64,000 nucleotides of DNA from Piedraia hortae CBS 480.64 (Eukaryota): assembly GCA_010093745.1 (NCBI GenBank), contig MU005964.1:310001-374000 (forward strand), in the 5' to 3' direction. Position numbers and translations under genes: made by a program. The notes beneath the pieces were generated by a model that was not told the DNA's origin, ran no database searches, and saw only the letters and a program-made list of their open reading frames with translations. Positions 34,215 to 45,453 of the stretch are shown here, in pieces (the first letter of the stretch is position 1; the number at the start of each line of letters is the position of its first letter).

Positions 34215-34951
34215 GGATTTGCAATGAACGTTAGCCTTCAACTGACACGCTGTCTCTTGCCACATGGCTATTGTATATGTGGTTATTAAACAAGGTCCTT
34301 TTCCCCAATCATTTACCTCTCCAAATGCCGTAGTCCAGGCAATAAAGGCGTCATATACGTAAGCCCTTGCACAGCCATCTTGTCCCAGATGGTTCGGTCA
34401 CGGCCGAGGCCGGGGGCGGTGGAGTAATGGGTGGCGGGAGACTACTACCATAGTGAAGCTTTGCTGGACCGTTTATAAGTATGTGAGGCAGACATCCTAG
34501 TCATGTGGTTGGCGTCTAAGCCTCCGCGTGGAATGGTTCCGCACACTCAACAGCGTGGCAGTGCAGATATACTCCGCTCTCTCCGGCTATCGCATTCTCG
34601 CCGTTACGGCGGAGAGCAAAGGAAAGAGAGAGCACAACGACGCCTATTGCCAGCACCAATCGGAGTTTTTTTTTTTTTTTTCCCACCTTTACAATTAAAC
34701 GCGGTTAAATGAACAACCGCGTCCAAGGGGCCCGATTGGGTAATCAAACAACGACTGTAGGCGTCTGAATCGTTAACAACGCTCGGGTGTCGTAGCGGTG
34801 GCGGAGCGGAATCAAACTACGCGTTGCCGTTGCCACTTTCACTGCCGCCAACAATCCCTTATCGCTTCAACCTAGCACTCGTCCAGTTGTTCGCACTCAG
34901 CCACACCACCCAGGCAGAAGAACGTGTTCGAAGGCTGAGCTGGACTATATC

Positions 34952-37900
34952 ATGGCGGAACAACAGCCTTACGCTCCTGCAGGGCAAAGCGTTACACAGT
35001 CTTCAGTTCCCGCGCGAAGACCGCGAGCCCCTACTATCACAATAGACACTTCGGCCATGGGCAGAACCTCGGAGGATGCGCTGAATGCAAGCGAAGGCCG
35101 GACTCGACTATCAAACGACGACACAGGCCAGCAGCACCTCTTGTCTCCAAACTCGCTATCAACACCCACCGACCATCGGCCAGGCCCCGGTTCCAGGCCG
35201 ACGAGCCCGCATAACGTGTCTTCTCCCAGCCAATGGAATAACCCCAATAACCTGCTCTCCGTTCCCCTCTTGGATCGACGTTCCAGCGGTGCTACCGGTG
35301 CCAGCGGTGCCAGTGGTGACAGTGCTGGCTCGGTTGATACGACATCTGACTTGACCTATGTTAATTCTAATACACCCTCTTCGGAGCAGCGACCGGCATC
35401 ACAGGGCAGTTCCGCAGCGCAAGGAGCAGGAGGTCAGCCGATTCTCTCTGATACCGATGCCCTCAGGCCCGATCCTGGCACAGAGAGCGAGTTCAGAAAC
35501 AACGGACCCTTTGCCTTTGCTACGGGCCACCTCTCCAAACTGCTGAATCCCAAAAGTTTGGGCGCTTTTCACGCCATGGGCGGCTTGGCAGGAATCGAAA
35601 AGGGTTTGAGGACAGATCGAAACACTGGGTTGAGGGTAGACGAGGGGCGATTGGAGGGCAGAGTCACATTGGAGGAGGCAAAAGCTGCGAGTTCTGCAGC
35701 TCGTCCAACGGCAGTAGAGCCTCCGGAAGCCACCACGTTACCCACAGCCGCCACGGGCTCATTTGAGGACCGTAAGCAGGTGTTTGGGAACAACGTAATG
35801 CCGCAAAAGAAGCAAAAGGGCATCCTGAAGCTCATGTGGTTAGCGTACAACGACAAGGTGCTCATCATCCTGACCATTGCGGCCGCCATTGCGCTCGGCC
35901 TGGGTCTTTACCAACGCTTTGAGACCGAGGAGAAGACAGCGTGGATCGAGGGGGTGGCCATCATTGTAGCTATTGTCGTCGTTGTTATGGTTGGGGCCAT
36001 CAATGATTGGCAAAAGGAGCGGCAGTTTGCGGCGCTGAACCAGAAGAAAGAGGACCGCAACGTCAAGGTGGTGCGGTCAGGCACCACGCAGGAGATCAGC
36101 ATCCATGACATTCTAGTCGGCGACGTGCTAATGGTCGAGCCTGGCGATATTCTGCCCGTAGACGGCATCTACATTGTGGGTCACGGCGTCATGTGTGACG
36201 AATCGTCCGCCACGGGCGAGTCTGATGTGGTGAAGAAGACGGGCGGAGACGAGGTTTTCAACGCCATGGAGAACCACGAGCCGCTGAAGAAGCTGGACCC
36301 GTTTATGATCTCGGGCGGAAAGGTCACCGAGGGCTTTGGACGCATGCTAGTGACGGCAACGGGCGTCAACTCCAGCATGGGCAAGACGATGATGTCGTTA
36401 CAGGACGGGGACGAGGCAACGCCGCTGCAAGTGAAGCTCAACGGACTGGCCGAGTCGATTGCCAAGATTGGCAGTGCTGCTGCCCTCCTTCTGTTCTGTG
36501 TCTTGCTGATCAAGTTCCTGGCGACGCTGAAGCACAACCACAAATCACCGCAGGGCAAGGCGCAGGAATTTATGAAGATTCTCATCACGGCCATCACCAT
36601 TATTGTCGTTGCCGTGCCCGAGGGCTTACCGCTGGCTGTGACGCTGTCTCTGGCCTATGCCACCAAGCGAATGCTCAAGGACAACAACTTGGTGCGAGTT
36701 CTCCGTTCGTGCGAGACCATGGGCAACGCCACCTCGGTCTGCTCTGACAAGACGGGAACCCTCACGCAGAACGTCATGACGCTGGTGGCCGGCTGCGTAG
36801 GCATCGGCGGTCGTTTTTCCGTCCACGAACAGCACGGCTCCGGCAGCGTCCCGGTTGACGCATTCATGGGCAACATCCACCCTGACGTCAAGGCTCTGTG
36901 GGAGGAAAGCATCGCCCTCAATTCGACGGCATTCCAGGAGGAAGACGGGGGCAAGGTGAAATTTGTTGGCTCCAAGACAGAGACGGCGCTGCTCGACTTT
37001 GCCCGCGGCCATCTGGGTCTGCAGAACGTGGCCGAAGAGCGCAAAGCAGCGCAGATTGTGCAACTCATTCCGTTTGACTCTCGGCGCAAGTGCATGGGGG
37101 TGGTGGTCAAGCACAAGGACGGCAACAGCTATCGTCTCTTGGTCAAGGGCGCGAGCGAGATGATGCTCAGCCACTGCACCATGATTGTCCGAGACGGGTC
37201 GCAGGAGCTCAATCCGTCACAAATGACAGGAGACGATCGGAAGTCGCTCCAGGTTTTGATTAACAACTACGCAGACGAGAGCCTCCGCACTATTGGCTGC
37301 ATCTACCGCGATTTCGAGTCGTGGCCGCCGCGTGGTGCCCGCCCGCTTGAGGATGACAAGACGCAGGCCATGTTCGAGGACGTGTGCAAGAACATGACGT
37401 TCCTGTGCATCGCTGCCATCCAGGATCCGCTCCGTCCCGGCGTCCCCGAGGCAGTTCGGGACTGCATAACCGCCGGCGTCACGGTGCGCATGGTGACGGG
37501 AGACAACATCCACACAGCCAAGGCCATTGCCGGCAACTGCGGCATCTACACCGAGGGCGGCATGGTCATGGAAGGTGTCGAGTTCCGCCAGCTCAGTCAC
37601 GCCAAGCAGCGCGAAGTCATCCCCAATCTGCAGGTCTTGGCCCGTTCCTCGCCCGACGACAAGCGGGTGCTGGTAAAGCGGCTCAAGGAGATGGGCGAGA
37701 CGGTGGCAGCGACAGGAGATGGCACAAATGATGCGCCCGCCCTGAAGGCCGCCGACGTTGGCTTCGCCATGAACATTGCCGGCACCGAGGTGGCCAAGGA
37801 GGCGTCGGACATTATCCTCATGGACGACAATTTTGCCTCCATCGTTAACGCCCTGATGTGGGGACGCGCCGTCAACGACTCGGTCAAGAAGTTCCTGCAG

Positions 37901-39046
37901 TTTCAGATCACCGTCAACATCACCGCTGTTCTGCTGGCCTTCATCTCCGCAGTCTCAAACTCGGAGCAGGAGTCGGTGCTGACGGCGGTGCAGCTGCTGT
38001 GGGTGAACTTGATCATGGACACCATGGCTGCCCTTGCCCTGGCCACTGACCCCCCAACCCGCACAGTGCTCCAGCGGAAGCCCGAGGGCAAGTCGGCACC
38101 TCTCATCACGAGGACAATGTGGAAAATGATTATCGGACAAGCCATCTACCAGCTCATCATCACCCTCGTCCTCTACTTTGCTGGCTTCAAGATTTTTGGT
38201 TACCATGGCGAAAAAGGCCATCGCCATCTGCAGACAATGGTCTTCAACACGTTTGTCTGGATGCAAATCTTCAATGCGCTCAACAACCGTCGGCTTGACA
38301 ACCACTTCAACGTGTTTGAAGGCGTCTTCAAGAATTGGCTCTTCGTCATCATCATGTGCGTCATGATTGGCGGGCAATTGCTCATCATGTTTGTCGGAGG
38401 CTGGGCCGTGTTCCAGGCCGAGACGCAGACCGGGTGGGAGTGGGCTGTTGCCATTGTCCTGGGCTTCCTAACCCTGCCGATTGGCGTCCTCATACGCTTG
38501 ATTCCCGATGCGTTTTGTGCGGCTTTGGTTCCTCAGTATATCAAAGACTACACCAAACGCAGACGTGACAAGAGGATCAAAGTCGAGGACGTGGAGACGG
38601 GCCACGAGTTCAACCAGGCTCTTTATGACATCCAGAACGAACTGGCATTCATCAAAAAGTACAGAGGTGGACGGCTCAACGCACTCAAATTCGCAGTCTC
38701 TCATCCAAGGGAGGTGCTGAAGGCCAGCCACAGCCGTTCCAGTTTCAGCCCACCTAGGACGCCGCGCAATGGCGGAAGCGAGGCTGGTGATGATCATTCC
38801 ATCGGTCCGCCGACGCCCGAATCTCGCCGCCGGAGTACGAGGCCCCGTTCAAACTCTGCCCTCGCTGGGGCAGCTATGGCCGGCATAATTGCTGGTTCCA
38901 TCGCCGGTGGATGGTCTCCCGTGGAGCCCCGTGAAGGGGAAACGCTTCGAGCACGATCGTCTTCAAGGAGTCGATCGAGAAGCGATGTGTCGAGAGAAAT
39001 GCAGACACTCAATAAGGAAGGCGAAGCGACAAAGACGAGCAGTTGA
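34952..39046 (+). CDS. PMC1: P-type IIB Ca2+-ATPase (vacuolar PMCA-type)
   Basis: DESSATGES, VAVPEGLPLAV, CSDKTGTLT, MVTGDN, GDGTNDAPAL, QLLWVNLIMDT; intronless 1364 aa. Confidence 0.96.
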   Translation: MAEQQPYAPAGQSVTQSSVPARRPRAPTITIDTSAMGRTSEDALNASEGRTRLSNDDTGQQHLLSPNSLSTPTDHRPGPGSRPTSPHNVSSPSQWNNPNNLLSVPLLDRRSSGATGASGASGDSAGSVDTTSDLTYVNSNTPSSEQRPASQGSSAAQGAGGQPILSDTDALRPDPGTESEFRNNGPFAFATGHLSKLLNPKSLGAFHAMGGLAGIEKGLRTDRNTGLRVDEGRLEGRVTLEEAKAASSAARPTAVEPPEATTLPTAATGSFEDRKQVFGNNVMPQKKQKGILKLMWLAYNDKVLIILTIAAAIALGLGLYQRFETEEKTAWIEGVAIIVAIVVVVMVGAINDWQKERQFAALNQKKEDRNVKVVRSGTTQEISIHDILVGDVLMVEPGDILPVDGIYIVGHGVMCDESSATGESDVVKKTGGDEVFNAMENHEPLKKLDPFMISGGKVTEGFGRMLVTATGVNSSMGKTMMSLQDGDEATPLQVKLNGLAESIAKIGSAAALLLFCVLLIKFLATLKHNHKSPQGKAQEFMKILITAITIIVVAVPEGLPLAVTLSLAYATKRMLKDNNLVRVLRSCETMGNATSVCSDKTGTLTQNVMTLVAGCVGIGGRFSVHEQHGSGSVPVDAFMGNIHPDVKALWEESIALNSTAFQEEDGGKVKFVGSKTETALLDFARGHLGLQNVAEERKAAQIVQLIPFDSRRKCMGVVVKHKDGNSYRLLVKGASEMMLSHCTMIVRDGSQELNPSQMTGDDRKSLQVLINNYADESLRTIGCIYRDFESWPPRGARPLEDDKTQAMFEDVCKNMTFLCIAAIQDPLRPGVPEAVRDCITAGVTVRMVTGDNIHTAKAIAGNCGIYTEGGMVMEGVEFRQLSHAKQREVIPNLQVLARSSPDDKRVLVKRLKEMGETVAATGDGTNDAPALKAADVGFAMNIAGTEVAKEASDIILMDDNFASIVNALMWGRAVNDSVKKFLQFQITVNITAVLLAFISAVSNSEQESVLTAVQLLWVNLIMDTMAALALATDPPTRTVLQRKPEGKSAPLITRTMWKMIIGQAIYQLIITLVLYFAGFKIFGYHGEKGHRHLQTMVFNTFVWMQIFNALNNRRLDNHFNVFEGVFKNWLFVIIMCVMIGGQLLIMFVGGWAVFQAETQTGWEWAVAIVLGFLTLPIGVLIRLIPDAFCAALVPQYIKDYTKRRRDKRIKVEDVETGHEFNQALYDIQNELAFIKKYRGGRLNALKFAVSHPREVLKASHSRSSFSPPRTPRNGGSEAGDDHSIGPPTPESRRRSTRPRSNSALAGAAMAGIIAGSIAGGWSPVEPREGETLRARSSSRSRSRSDVSREMQTLNKEGEATKTSS

Positions 39047-39535
39047 AAATCATTCACGTGATTCTTCAGCCTGTAACGAGCATAGATGATTGATTTCCGG
39101 GAGTAATACGGAATCGGCATTGGGAAGCATCTGGCGTTGCGAGGCATACAATCGGGTGAGACGTATATATCTGTACAATATACATAAAAGGCATGGATTG
39201 GGTTTGGGCTTTGGGTCTATTGATCAGCGAGCACTTTTGTTTTCGCAAAAGTTGATGAATGTGAGATATATCTTGTCTGCCACGGTGGAGAGTAATACCT
39301 GGCGTGTATGCTGCTATTGCTCTCGCTTCACGCAAATCATACCATACTACTTTTTGACTTCTCATCCATGCAGTGTTCTCCAATGCGATTGGCCTGCTGC
39401 GCCCAGTGTGGCAGGAGGGTAACCGTTGGACCCTGTGCCTGGCAGCCGGCCAATTATCGGTATGACGATGATCTGCGTACAAAAATCCAGGTTGGGACAG
39501 ACCCAACTCTGTCTCCTACAATTCACCTAGCCAGC

Positions 39536-40391
39536 ATGTTGACGACAAATCTGCTCGTACTTGCCCTGTCTGCCTTGGGCTCCTCGTCTGCCATTAAACG
39601 GCAAAGTGACGGCCGGAAAGGTATTCTCAACTTCCTCTGCGAGGGAGACGAAAAGGGCAACATGCAGGATGTCTGCTCCAACATGTGCTATGGTGTGTAC
39701 TGCCAAGGCTTCTCTTCCACAATGTATTATGATCGGCCAGATGGCGCTACCAAGAAGGAGCGTGTGAAGAAGGCCGGTTGTGAAAACCCCAATCGCTGTG
39801 ACAAGGCACCTTATACCGCCGATCAGGAATGCGATACGTTCCCATTCGTCTCGACCGATATGAAGGACGTTGACAAGCCTGTCAATCGTTGTGTAAGGAA
39901 GGAGCAGAATAAGGGTATGCCACCTTGTCATTTTGCCGTAAATCTACTGACCCTGCACACAGCTCAGCACCGGGTTCTTGATGAGTTTTACAACTCCAAG
40001 GAAATCTACTCGGGCACCGGACTTGGTAGCAAACCAAACTCGTTCCGATTGGCCTTTGCAAACTACGGATTGACAAAGTACTGCACCTTTGGTGGTAATT
40101 GCACGAACGGTAAGTTTGCGTGTTAACGTCTGCGGCACTGACTGACAAGCCAACGCAGACGGTAACGAGTACACGCGCGACGGGTTGGCTGAGCTTCCGA
40201 AGAAGCGTGACTTGCACGACAACCGCGTCAATGTCCATCAATACTATGTCACCGACAGCGGCATGCAACTGCTGGTTCCTGACGGTGCCGAAGTTGGAGA
40301 CGTGGTTTTCACTCCCAAGATTGACCACGGAAAGAGCAAGGTCAAGTTTGAAGTTGACCATATCAAGGCGCCCAGCAAAGGCCCTCGGTAA
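39536..40391 (+). CDS. Secreted Cys-rich NucA/NucB-like nuclease-family protein with degenerate motif and post-KR C-terminal domain; 3 exons
   Basis: Signal peptide MLTTNLLVLALSALG, CSNMCYG, ECDTFPFVST, NRCVRKEQN. Introns 39915-39962 and 40110-40158. KKR site before the last ~60 aa. Confidence 0.75.
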
Positions 40392-40474
40392 CTGCAATCT
40401 AGCTGGGGATACATGTACGGGAAACGCTGTTTGCATTGCACATTTTCAAGCAGCTAGCCACACTTCTGATGAAA

Positions 40475-41014
40475 TCAAATGCCATCATCATCCTTGCAAT
40501 TCTCAAACGAATCATCCAGCGAAGCGACCGTGGTGAGTACAAAACCCAACCTATCCACCATGAATTTCGCCGAATCAAGCTTCACCTCATCCTCCCCCTC
40601 CCTCTCCTCATCATGATCGCAGTGGGCAACCTGAACTCCATCCCGTTCCCAATGCTCATCTTTGAGAAATATCAACCCAAAGGGAAAAATTCTCGTGTCG
40701 TTCCACAAATTAGAATCATCCCCACTCTCATCAATTAATTTTTGCACCAACTTGAAATGCTTGTCCAGCGCGTCTTGGAGACCAGTGGCGCGCTCATCGG
40801 CAGGTTTGAGGAACCCCTGCGCCTCCCACTCAGATTCAGGCTCATTGAGGTACTCGTCGGTGTACGCCTTCATAGCCGCGTAGCAGAACTTGTTGATCTG
40901 GTCGTCGGATAGAGTCGGAGCGGCGTACACGAGCCATTTGCCTAGGTCGATGTTGTAGTCTGAGCATTTCTTCATCAGCGCGCGGCCGTTTTCGGGAAAG
41001 GTTAGTTGGGACAT
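40475..41014 (-). CDS. Acidic hypothetical protein (179 aa)
   Basis: ATG in AAACAATG context, uninterrupted ORF, D/E-rich, no signal peptide; family not recognised. Confidence 0.65.
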   Translation of the reverse strand: MSQLTFPENGRALMKKCSDYNIDLGKWLVYAAPTLSDDQINKFCYAAMKAYTDEYLNEPESEWEAQGFLKPADERATGLQDALDKHFKLVQKLIDESGDDSNLWNDTRIFPFGLIFLKDEHWERDGVQVAHCDHDEEREGEDEVKLDSAKFMVDRLGFVLTTVASLDDSFENCKDDDGI

Positions 41015-41167
41015 TGTTTGGTTTTGGGGGTGGGTAGTTGTGTGCGATATTTGTCGCGTTGGTGCCCCACGTGGCTTAGGCCTTGTTGGTCTTTCTGTAT
41101 CAGGCTGAAAGGTAAACTGTAAGAAGGCTACTGATCCTACGTGTCAAAACTGTTTGGTGTTTCGGGT

Positions 41168-42136
41168 TCATTCAGAGGAGTCATCCGACTCAGCCTCGCT
41201 CACGGTCTCCGGTTCAAGAGACATGTCGCTTGTCATGCGATGCATGGCGCGCATCTTGGCATCCCGCTCTGCATCTTGTGCTTCGCGCTGGACCTCCCGA
41301 GCATGTTCGCGACGCTTTTCGATTTCTGGCTTGTAATCCCGTTCGAATTCTTCGCGCTTTTCCTGCACGGCTTGGAAGAATTCTTCCACCCCTTCGCCCG
41401 TCAAGGCGCTTACACCTACCACTGATAGGGAATTGTAGAATTCCTCCAGCACCAAACTCATGCTGCCGAGAAGACTGTTCATGTAGTTGCTCCCGTCCGA
41501 TTCGCTGTCTTCACGCTGCAGCGCGGCTTGGAAGGCTTGGAAGTCACGCATCCATTCGATAGCTTCGTCCGGGCGCTTGACGTCTGCTTTGTTAAAGACG
41601 AGGATCATGGGCAACTTGGTCTTGTACATGATACTGATTGCGTAGAGCATGTTTGACATGAACGTGGCTGTGTTCTCGGTGGTTCGGGGTGTGTCAATAA
41701 CGTATGCAAGCACCGTGGGGAAGCTGGAAGCGAGCGAAGAGAGAAGAATGCTTCCCGACGCCGACCAGACAAATACCTCAATCTGGCCCGGAGTATCAAT
41801 TAGAATGTGTGCTGGGGTCGATTCGGTCTGCTCCGTCTGCGGCAGACACCGCTTCTCCAAAAGCTTCATCACCTGGTCTATCTTCGTGCTGAATAAGTTC
41901 AGACTTGTGAGGATGGCGCCATTGGGGCCGAGATTATATTGTTTCATGACCTCGGCGTAGTTTACGCTATCTCGAATGTCTATGTTTGAGTCGAAGGGGA
42001 CGCTGTGCACGGCGGGATCCAGGTTGACTACGTATGGGGCTTTTCTCTCACCGTGCAGGTAGGCATTGATGCGCTGCATAAACGTCGTCTTGCCTGAGCC
42101 GGCCATGCCGACGCAGACTATAGCCGTCGCCGCCAT
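41168..42136 (-). CDS. NPA3: GPN-loop GTPase 1 (RNA polymerase II assembly)
   Basis: [49 protein letters not shown]. Confidence 0.96.
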   Translation of the reverse strand: MAATAIVCVGMAGSGKTTFMQRINAYLHGERKAPYVVNLDPAVHSVPFDSNIDIRDSVNYAEVMKQYNLGPNGAILTSLNLFSTKIDQVMKLLEKRCLPQTEQTESTPAHILIDTPGQIEVFVWSASGSILLSSLASSFPTVLAYVIDTPRTTENTATFMSNMLYAISIMYKTKLPMILVFNKADVKRPDEAIEWMRDFQAFQAALQREDSESDGSNYMNSLLGSMSLVLEEFYNSLSVVGVSALTGEGVEEFFQAVQEKREEFERDYKPEIEKRREHAREVQREAQDAERDAKMRAMHRMTSDMSLEPETVSEAESDDSSE

Positions 42137-42267
42137 TGTGTTTTGGAAGGGTTCGACGTAACGTCGGACTTTCACGTGGTGAAGACGTTATGCAGCGGGC
42201 CGTCTTTGCAGCGGGCCGACCCTAATTTGACAGGGTCCAACGTCCATCGTCACCCCATCGATCAATC

Positions 42268-44172
42268 ATGGGTTTGGAAGACTTTGAACGGGACCTTGCA
42301 GCTAGGAAAGCGAGGAAAGAGGAACGCAGGAGCCGCCGCAAGGAGGAATCAAGCCGTCGACATCGACATCACGAGGACGCTGACCGATCTAGTCGCAAAC
42401 GAGGGCGCGATCGAGCAGACGAGGATGGCAGAAAGAGGCGGAAACGCTCTCGCAGCAAATCCCCGGCGAATGAAGGTAAAGATGGCGACGAACAGGTAGA
42501 GAAAAGTTCGGTCGCGCGACCACAGCGGGATTCGTGGATGCATGAGCCTTCGGCCTTGGACGTTGAGCATGTTGCATCACGTAGGCCCCAAGAGCCATCT
42601 GGTCCCTTTGTCTCCGCTAAACATGCTCACGAACTTGCTGTGCCCGCCGAACCGCAGCCTGAACCTCCCAAACCCAAGGTCGAGGTTGATTACGAATTTG
42701 GCGATGCGGGAAGCTCATGGCGCATGACCAAGCTCAAGGCTGTGTATCGAACAGCTGAAGAGGCGGGCCAGAGCGTCGATGAGGTGGCCCTGCAGCGGTA
42801 TGGCGACTTGCAGCACTTTGATGCTGCTCGAGAAGAGGAACGCGAGTTGGAGAGGCGGCGAAGGTATGGCAAGGGTTATACCGGGGCAACTAAGCCTACA
42901 GGATATTTGTTTCGGGAGAGGAGTGTGTCAACAGACATGAATCCAGCTTCTCCTGTCCAGGATCGTGCGGAGATGGCTGCTCCTCCCGCCGCGTCCAGCA
43001 TGCCCCAAGACATAAACGCACTAAACAAGCTCAAAGCTCAGCTGATGAAGGCGAGACTCAGAAAAGACCCAGACTTGGCTCGTCTGGAAGAAGAATACAA
43101 ACGCGCTACGCAGTCAATACAGCCAGAGGTGGTGCTGGGCGTAATGGACAGTTGCCGCATGAACCGCGCTGGCGAAGTAATTGCTGTATCAGGCAAGCGA
43201 GGGCGTGAGCGCGGATTGGTAGTAGAGAACGAAGACATGTCGGTCGAGGATATGCTCCGGCAAGAGAAGCGCACAAAGGGACTCGACGGAGAAGACAAGA
43301 ATTTTGCTCGACGCATTGCCAAGGATGGTAAATTCGAAAACAATCTGGATTACATGGACGAGAATGCCGAAGCGTTGAGCAAGCGAGTCTTGCCATCCAA
43401 TGTCAATCTCCGCAACACCACCGTGGCTGAATATCAAAAGGCACAGCGGATAATCGACTCTTGTCCCCTTTGCCATCACGAAGACCGTGAGCCAGCCAGT
43501 GCTCGGCTCCCAGCAGCTACAGTTGTGAGTCTCGCAACACGCTCCTACCTTACGTTGCCGCCGGAGCCAGAGGTTTCTCGGGGCGGTGCAGCCATTGTGC
43601 CCATCGAGCACCGAAGCAGTCTCTTGGACTGCGACGATGACGAATGGGAGGAGATGCGCAACTTTATGAAGTCGCTCACAAGACACTACGAGGCACAAGA
43701 CATGTCGGTGATATTCTATGAAAACGCGGCACAGGTGCGCAGAGGACATCACGCGGTGCTCATGGCTGTCCCGCTACCGCATCACATTGCCGACAGCGCA
43801 CCTGCCTATTTCCGTGAAGCCGTTGTATCAGCAGTAGACGAGTTCAGCGCACAGCACAAGTCGTTCATCGACACTCTGGCGCTTTCCGCTCGCCCCGGCT
43901 ACGGACGCATGGCCTTTCGCAAGACCATGGTCAGCTCCATGCCTTACTTTCACGTCTGGTTCACTATAGACGGGGGATTGGGACACGTTATTGATGAAGA
44001 CGGACGGCCCTGGCCAAGGGGAGATCTCTTTGCAAGAGAGGTCATTGGCGGTGTACTGGGGAAAGAAACAGATGTCATCCGCAAACAGGGACGATGGGGC
44101 GGTGTATCACATTCACGCATCGAAGAATTCAGACGGCGGTGGAAGCGGTGGGACTGGACGGAACTGTCCTAA
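42268..44172 (+). CDS. cwf19: CWF19-like 2 / Cwf19 spliceosome-associated protein (CwfJ domains)
   Basis: FGDAGSSWRMTKLK, DMSVEDML, CPLC, EWEEMRNFMKSL, MPYFHVWF, GGLGHVI. Confidence 0.9.
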   Translation: MGLEDFERDLAARKARKEERRSRRKEESSRRHRHHEDADRSSRKRGRDRADEDGRKRRKRSRSKSPANEGKDGDEQVEKSSVARPQRDSWMHEPSALDVEHVASRRPQEPSGPFVSAKHAHELAVPAEPQPEPPKPKVEVDYEFGDAGSSWRMTKLKAVYRTAEEAGQSVDEVALQRYGDLQHFDAAREEERELERRRRYGKGYTGATKPTGYLFRERSVSTDMNPASPVQDRAEMAAPPAASSMPQDINALNKLKAQLMKARLRKDPDLARLEEEYKRATQSIQPEVVLGVMDSCRMNRAGEVIAVSGKRGRERGLVVENEDMSVEDMLRQEKRTKGLDGEDKNFARRIAKDGKFENNLDYMDENAEALSKRVLPSNVNLRNTTVAEYQKAQRIIDSCPLCHHEDREPASARLPAATVVSLATRSYLTLPPEPEVSRGGAAIVPIEHRSSLLDCDDDEWEEMRNFMKSLTRHYEAQDMSVIFYENAAQVRRGHHAVLMAVPLPHHIADSAPAYFREAVVSAVDEFSAQHKSFIDTLALSARPGYGRMAFRKTMVSSMPYFHVWFTIDGGLGHVIDEDGRPWPRGDLFAREVIGGVLGKETDVIRKQGRWGGVSHSRIEEFRRRWKRWDWTELS

Positions 44173-44228
44173 CCCTAGCCTCATCTACTTCCAGCTTCCG
44201 AGGCTCCATCCAAGGCTCCAGTTCGGAC

Positions 44229-45437
44229 ATGTCGTTCGAAGTACGCTCTCATACGATCCCGGCAACGCATATCAGAGAGTACGCTGCTGCAACAGCCGCC
44301 GAGGATGACATTCTTTATCTTGCAGTGAAGCAATATGTACCAAGAGATGCGTGTCCCCGGGGTCATCTTCCCATTACTATAATAGGTGCACATGCAAATG
44401 CCTTTCCTAAAGAATTGTACGAGCCTTTATGGGAAGATCTTTCCAATGAGCTCCTCGTACGGGGAATCTGGATATCAACCATCTTTATCGCAGATGCCGC
44501 TCACCAAGGGGAATCTGGAGTCCTCAACGATGGCAAACTAGGTAATGATCCGTCATGGATGGACAATCCGCGGGATCTCTTTCTCATGGTAAACCATTTC
44601 CGAACTGAAATGGTTCGACCTATCATAGGCATCGGTCACAGCATGGGCGGGAACAACCTCGTTAACCTTTCCCTCATGCACCCTCGACTCTTTGCAGGCT
44701 TGATCCTCATCGATCCTGTAATACAACGCTGGCCAAACGCAGGGAACTTTGCACCCGCACAGCTATCCATCCGGAGGAGGGACAGATGGCCGAGTCGAAA
44801 AGCCGCCGAAACAGCGTTCAGGAAGAGTCCCTTTTACCAAGCCTGGGATCCGCGAGTGTTTGACCGCTGGGTGAAATACGGCCTTCGAGAACTCCCTACA
44901 GCACTGTACCCTGTTCCAGCAACCGAAGGGGAAGTAACGCTAACAACGACCAAACACCAAGAAGTCCTAACCTTTCTACGCCTACGGCAAGACAGGAACG
45001 AAGCAGAAATAGACGAAGCGACCCCAACAAACTCGGCACCATTTTACCGACCAGAATCAGTCAACACTTTCCTCAACCTCCCCCATCTCCGACCAAACGC
45101 ATTCTACATCTACGGCGGAGAATCCGCACTCTCAACCCCAGCTTCACAATCCAACCAACTCTCAGCCACCGGCACCGGCATCGGCGGGTCAGGCGGAGTA
45201 GCCCGCGGCCGCGTCAAGCACGTAACGTTCTCCGACCTGGGGCACATGATCCCCATGGAAGCCGTGGACCGCACAGCCAAAGCGTGTGCGGACTGGCTCG
45301 GTCTAGAGCTCAAATGGTGGCATGCCGAGAAGAAAATCCAAGATGAAAGGCGGGCAAGCAATCAAAACAAAAGCACCGCGAGCGAGGAATACGTCAGGTT
45401 ATTAAATTCAGATTGGCAGGGTAAAACCAAGCTGTGA
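44229..45437 (+). CDS. Alpha/beta hydrolase (Lpx1-like), possibly peroxisomal
   Basis: HANAFPKELYEPLW, GIGHSMGG nucleophile elbow, GHMIPME; C-terminal -TKL resembles PTS1. Confidence 0.85.
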   Translation: MSFEVRSHTIPATHIREYAAATAAEDDILYLAVKQYVPRDACPRGHLPITIIGAHANAFPKELYEPLWEDLSNELLVRGIWISTIFIADAAHQGESGVLNDGKLGNDPSWMDNPRDLFLMVNHFRTEMVRPIIGIGHSMGGNNLVNLSLMHPRLFAGLILIDPVIQRWPNAGNFAPAQLSIRRRDRWPSRKAAETAFRKSPFYQAWDPRVFDRWVKYGLRELPTALYPVPATEGEVTLTTTKHQEVLTFLRLRQDRNEAEIDEATPTNSAPFYRPESVNTFLNLPHLRPNAFYIYGGESALSTPASQSNQLSATGTGIGGSGGVARGRVKHVTFSDLGHMIPMEAVDRTAKACADWLGLELKWWHAEKKIQDERRASNQNKSTASEEYVRLLNSDWQGKTKL

Positions 45438-45453
45438 TTGTCTTTGGACAGAT

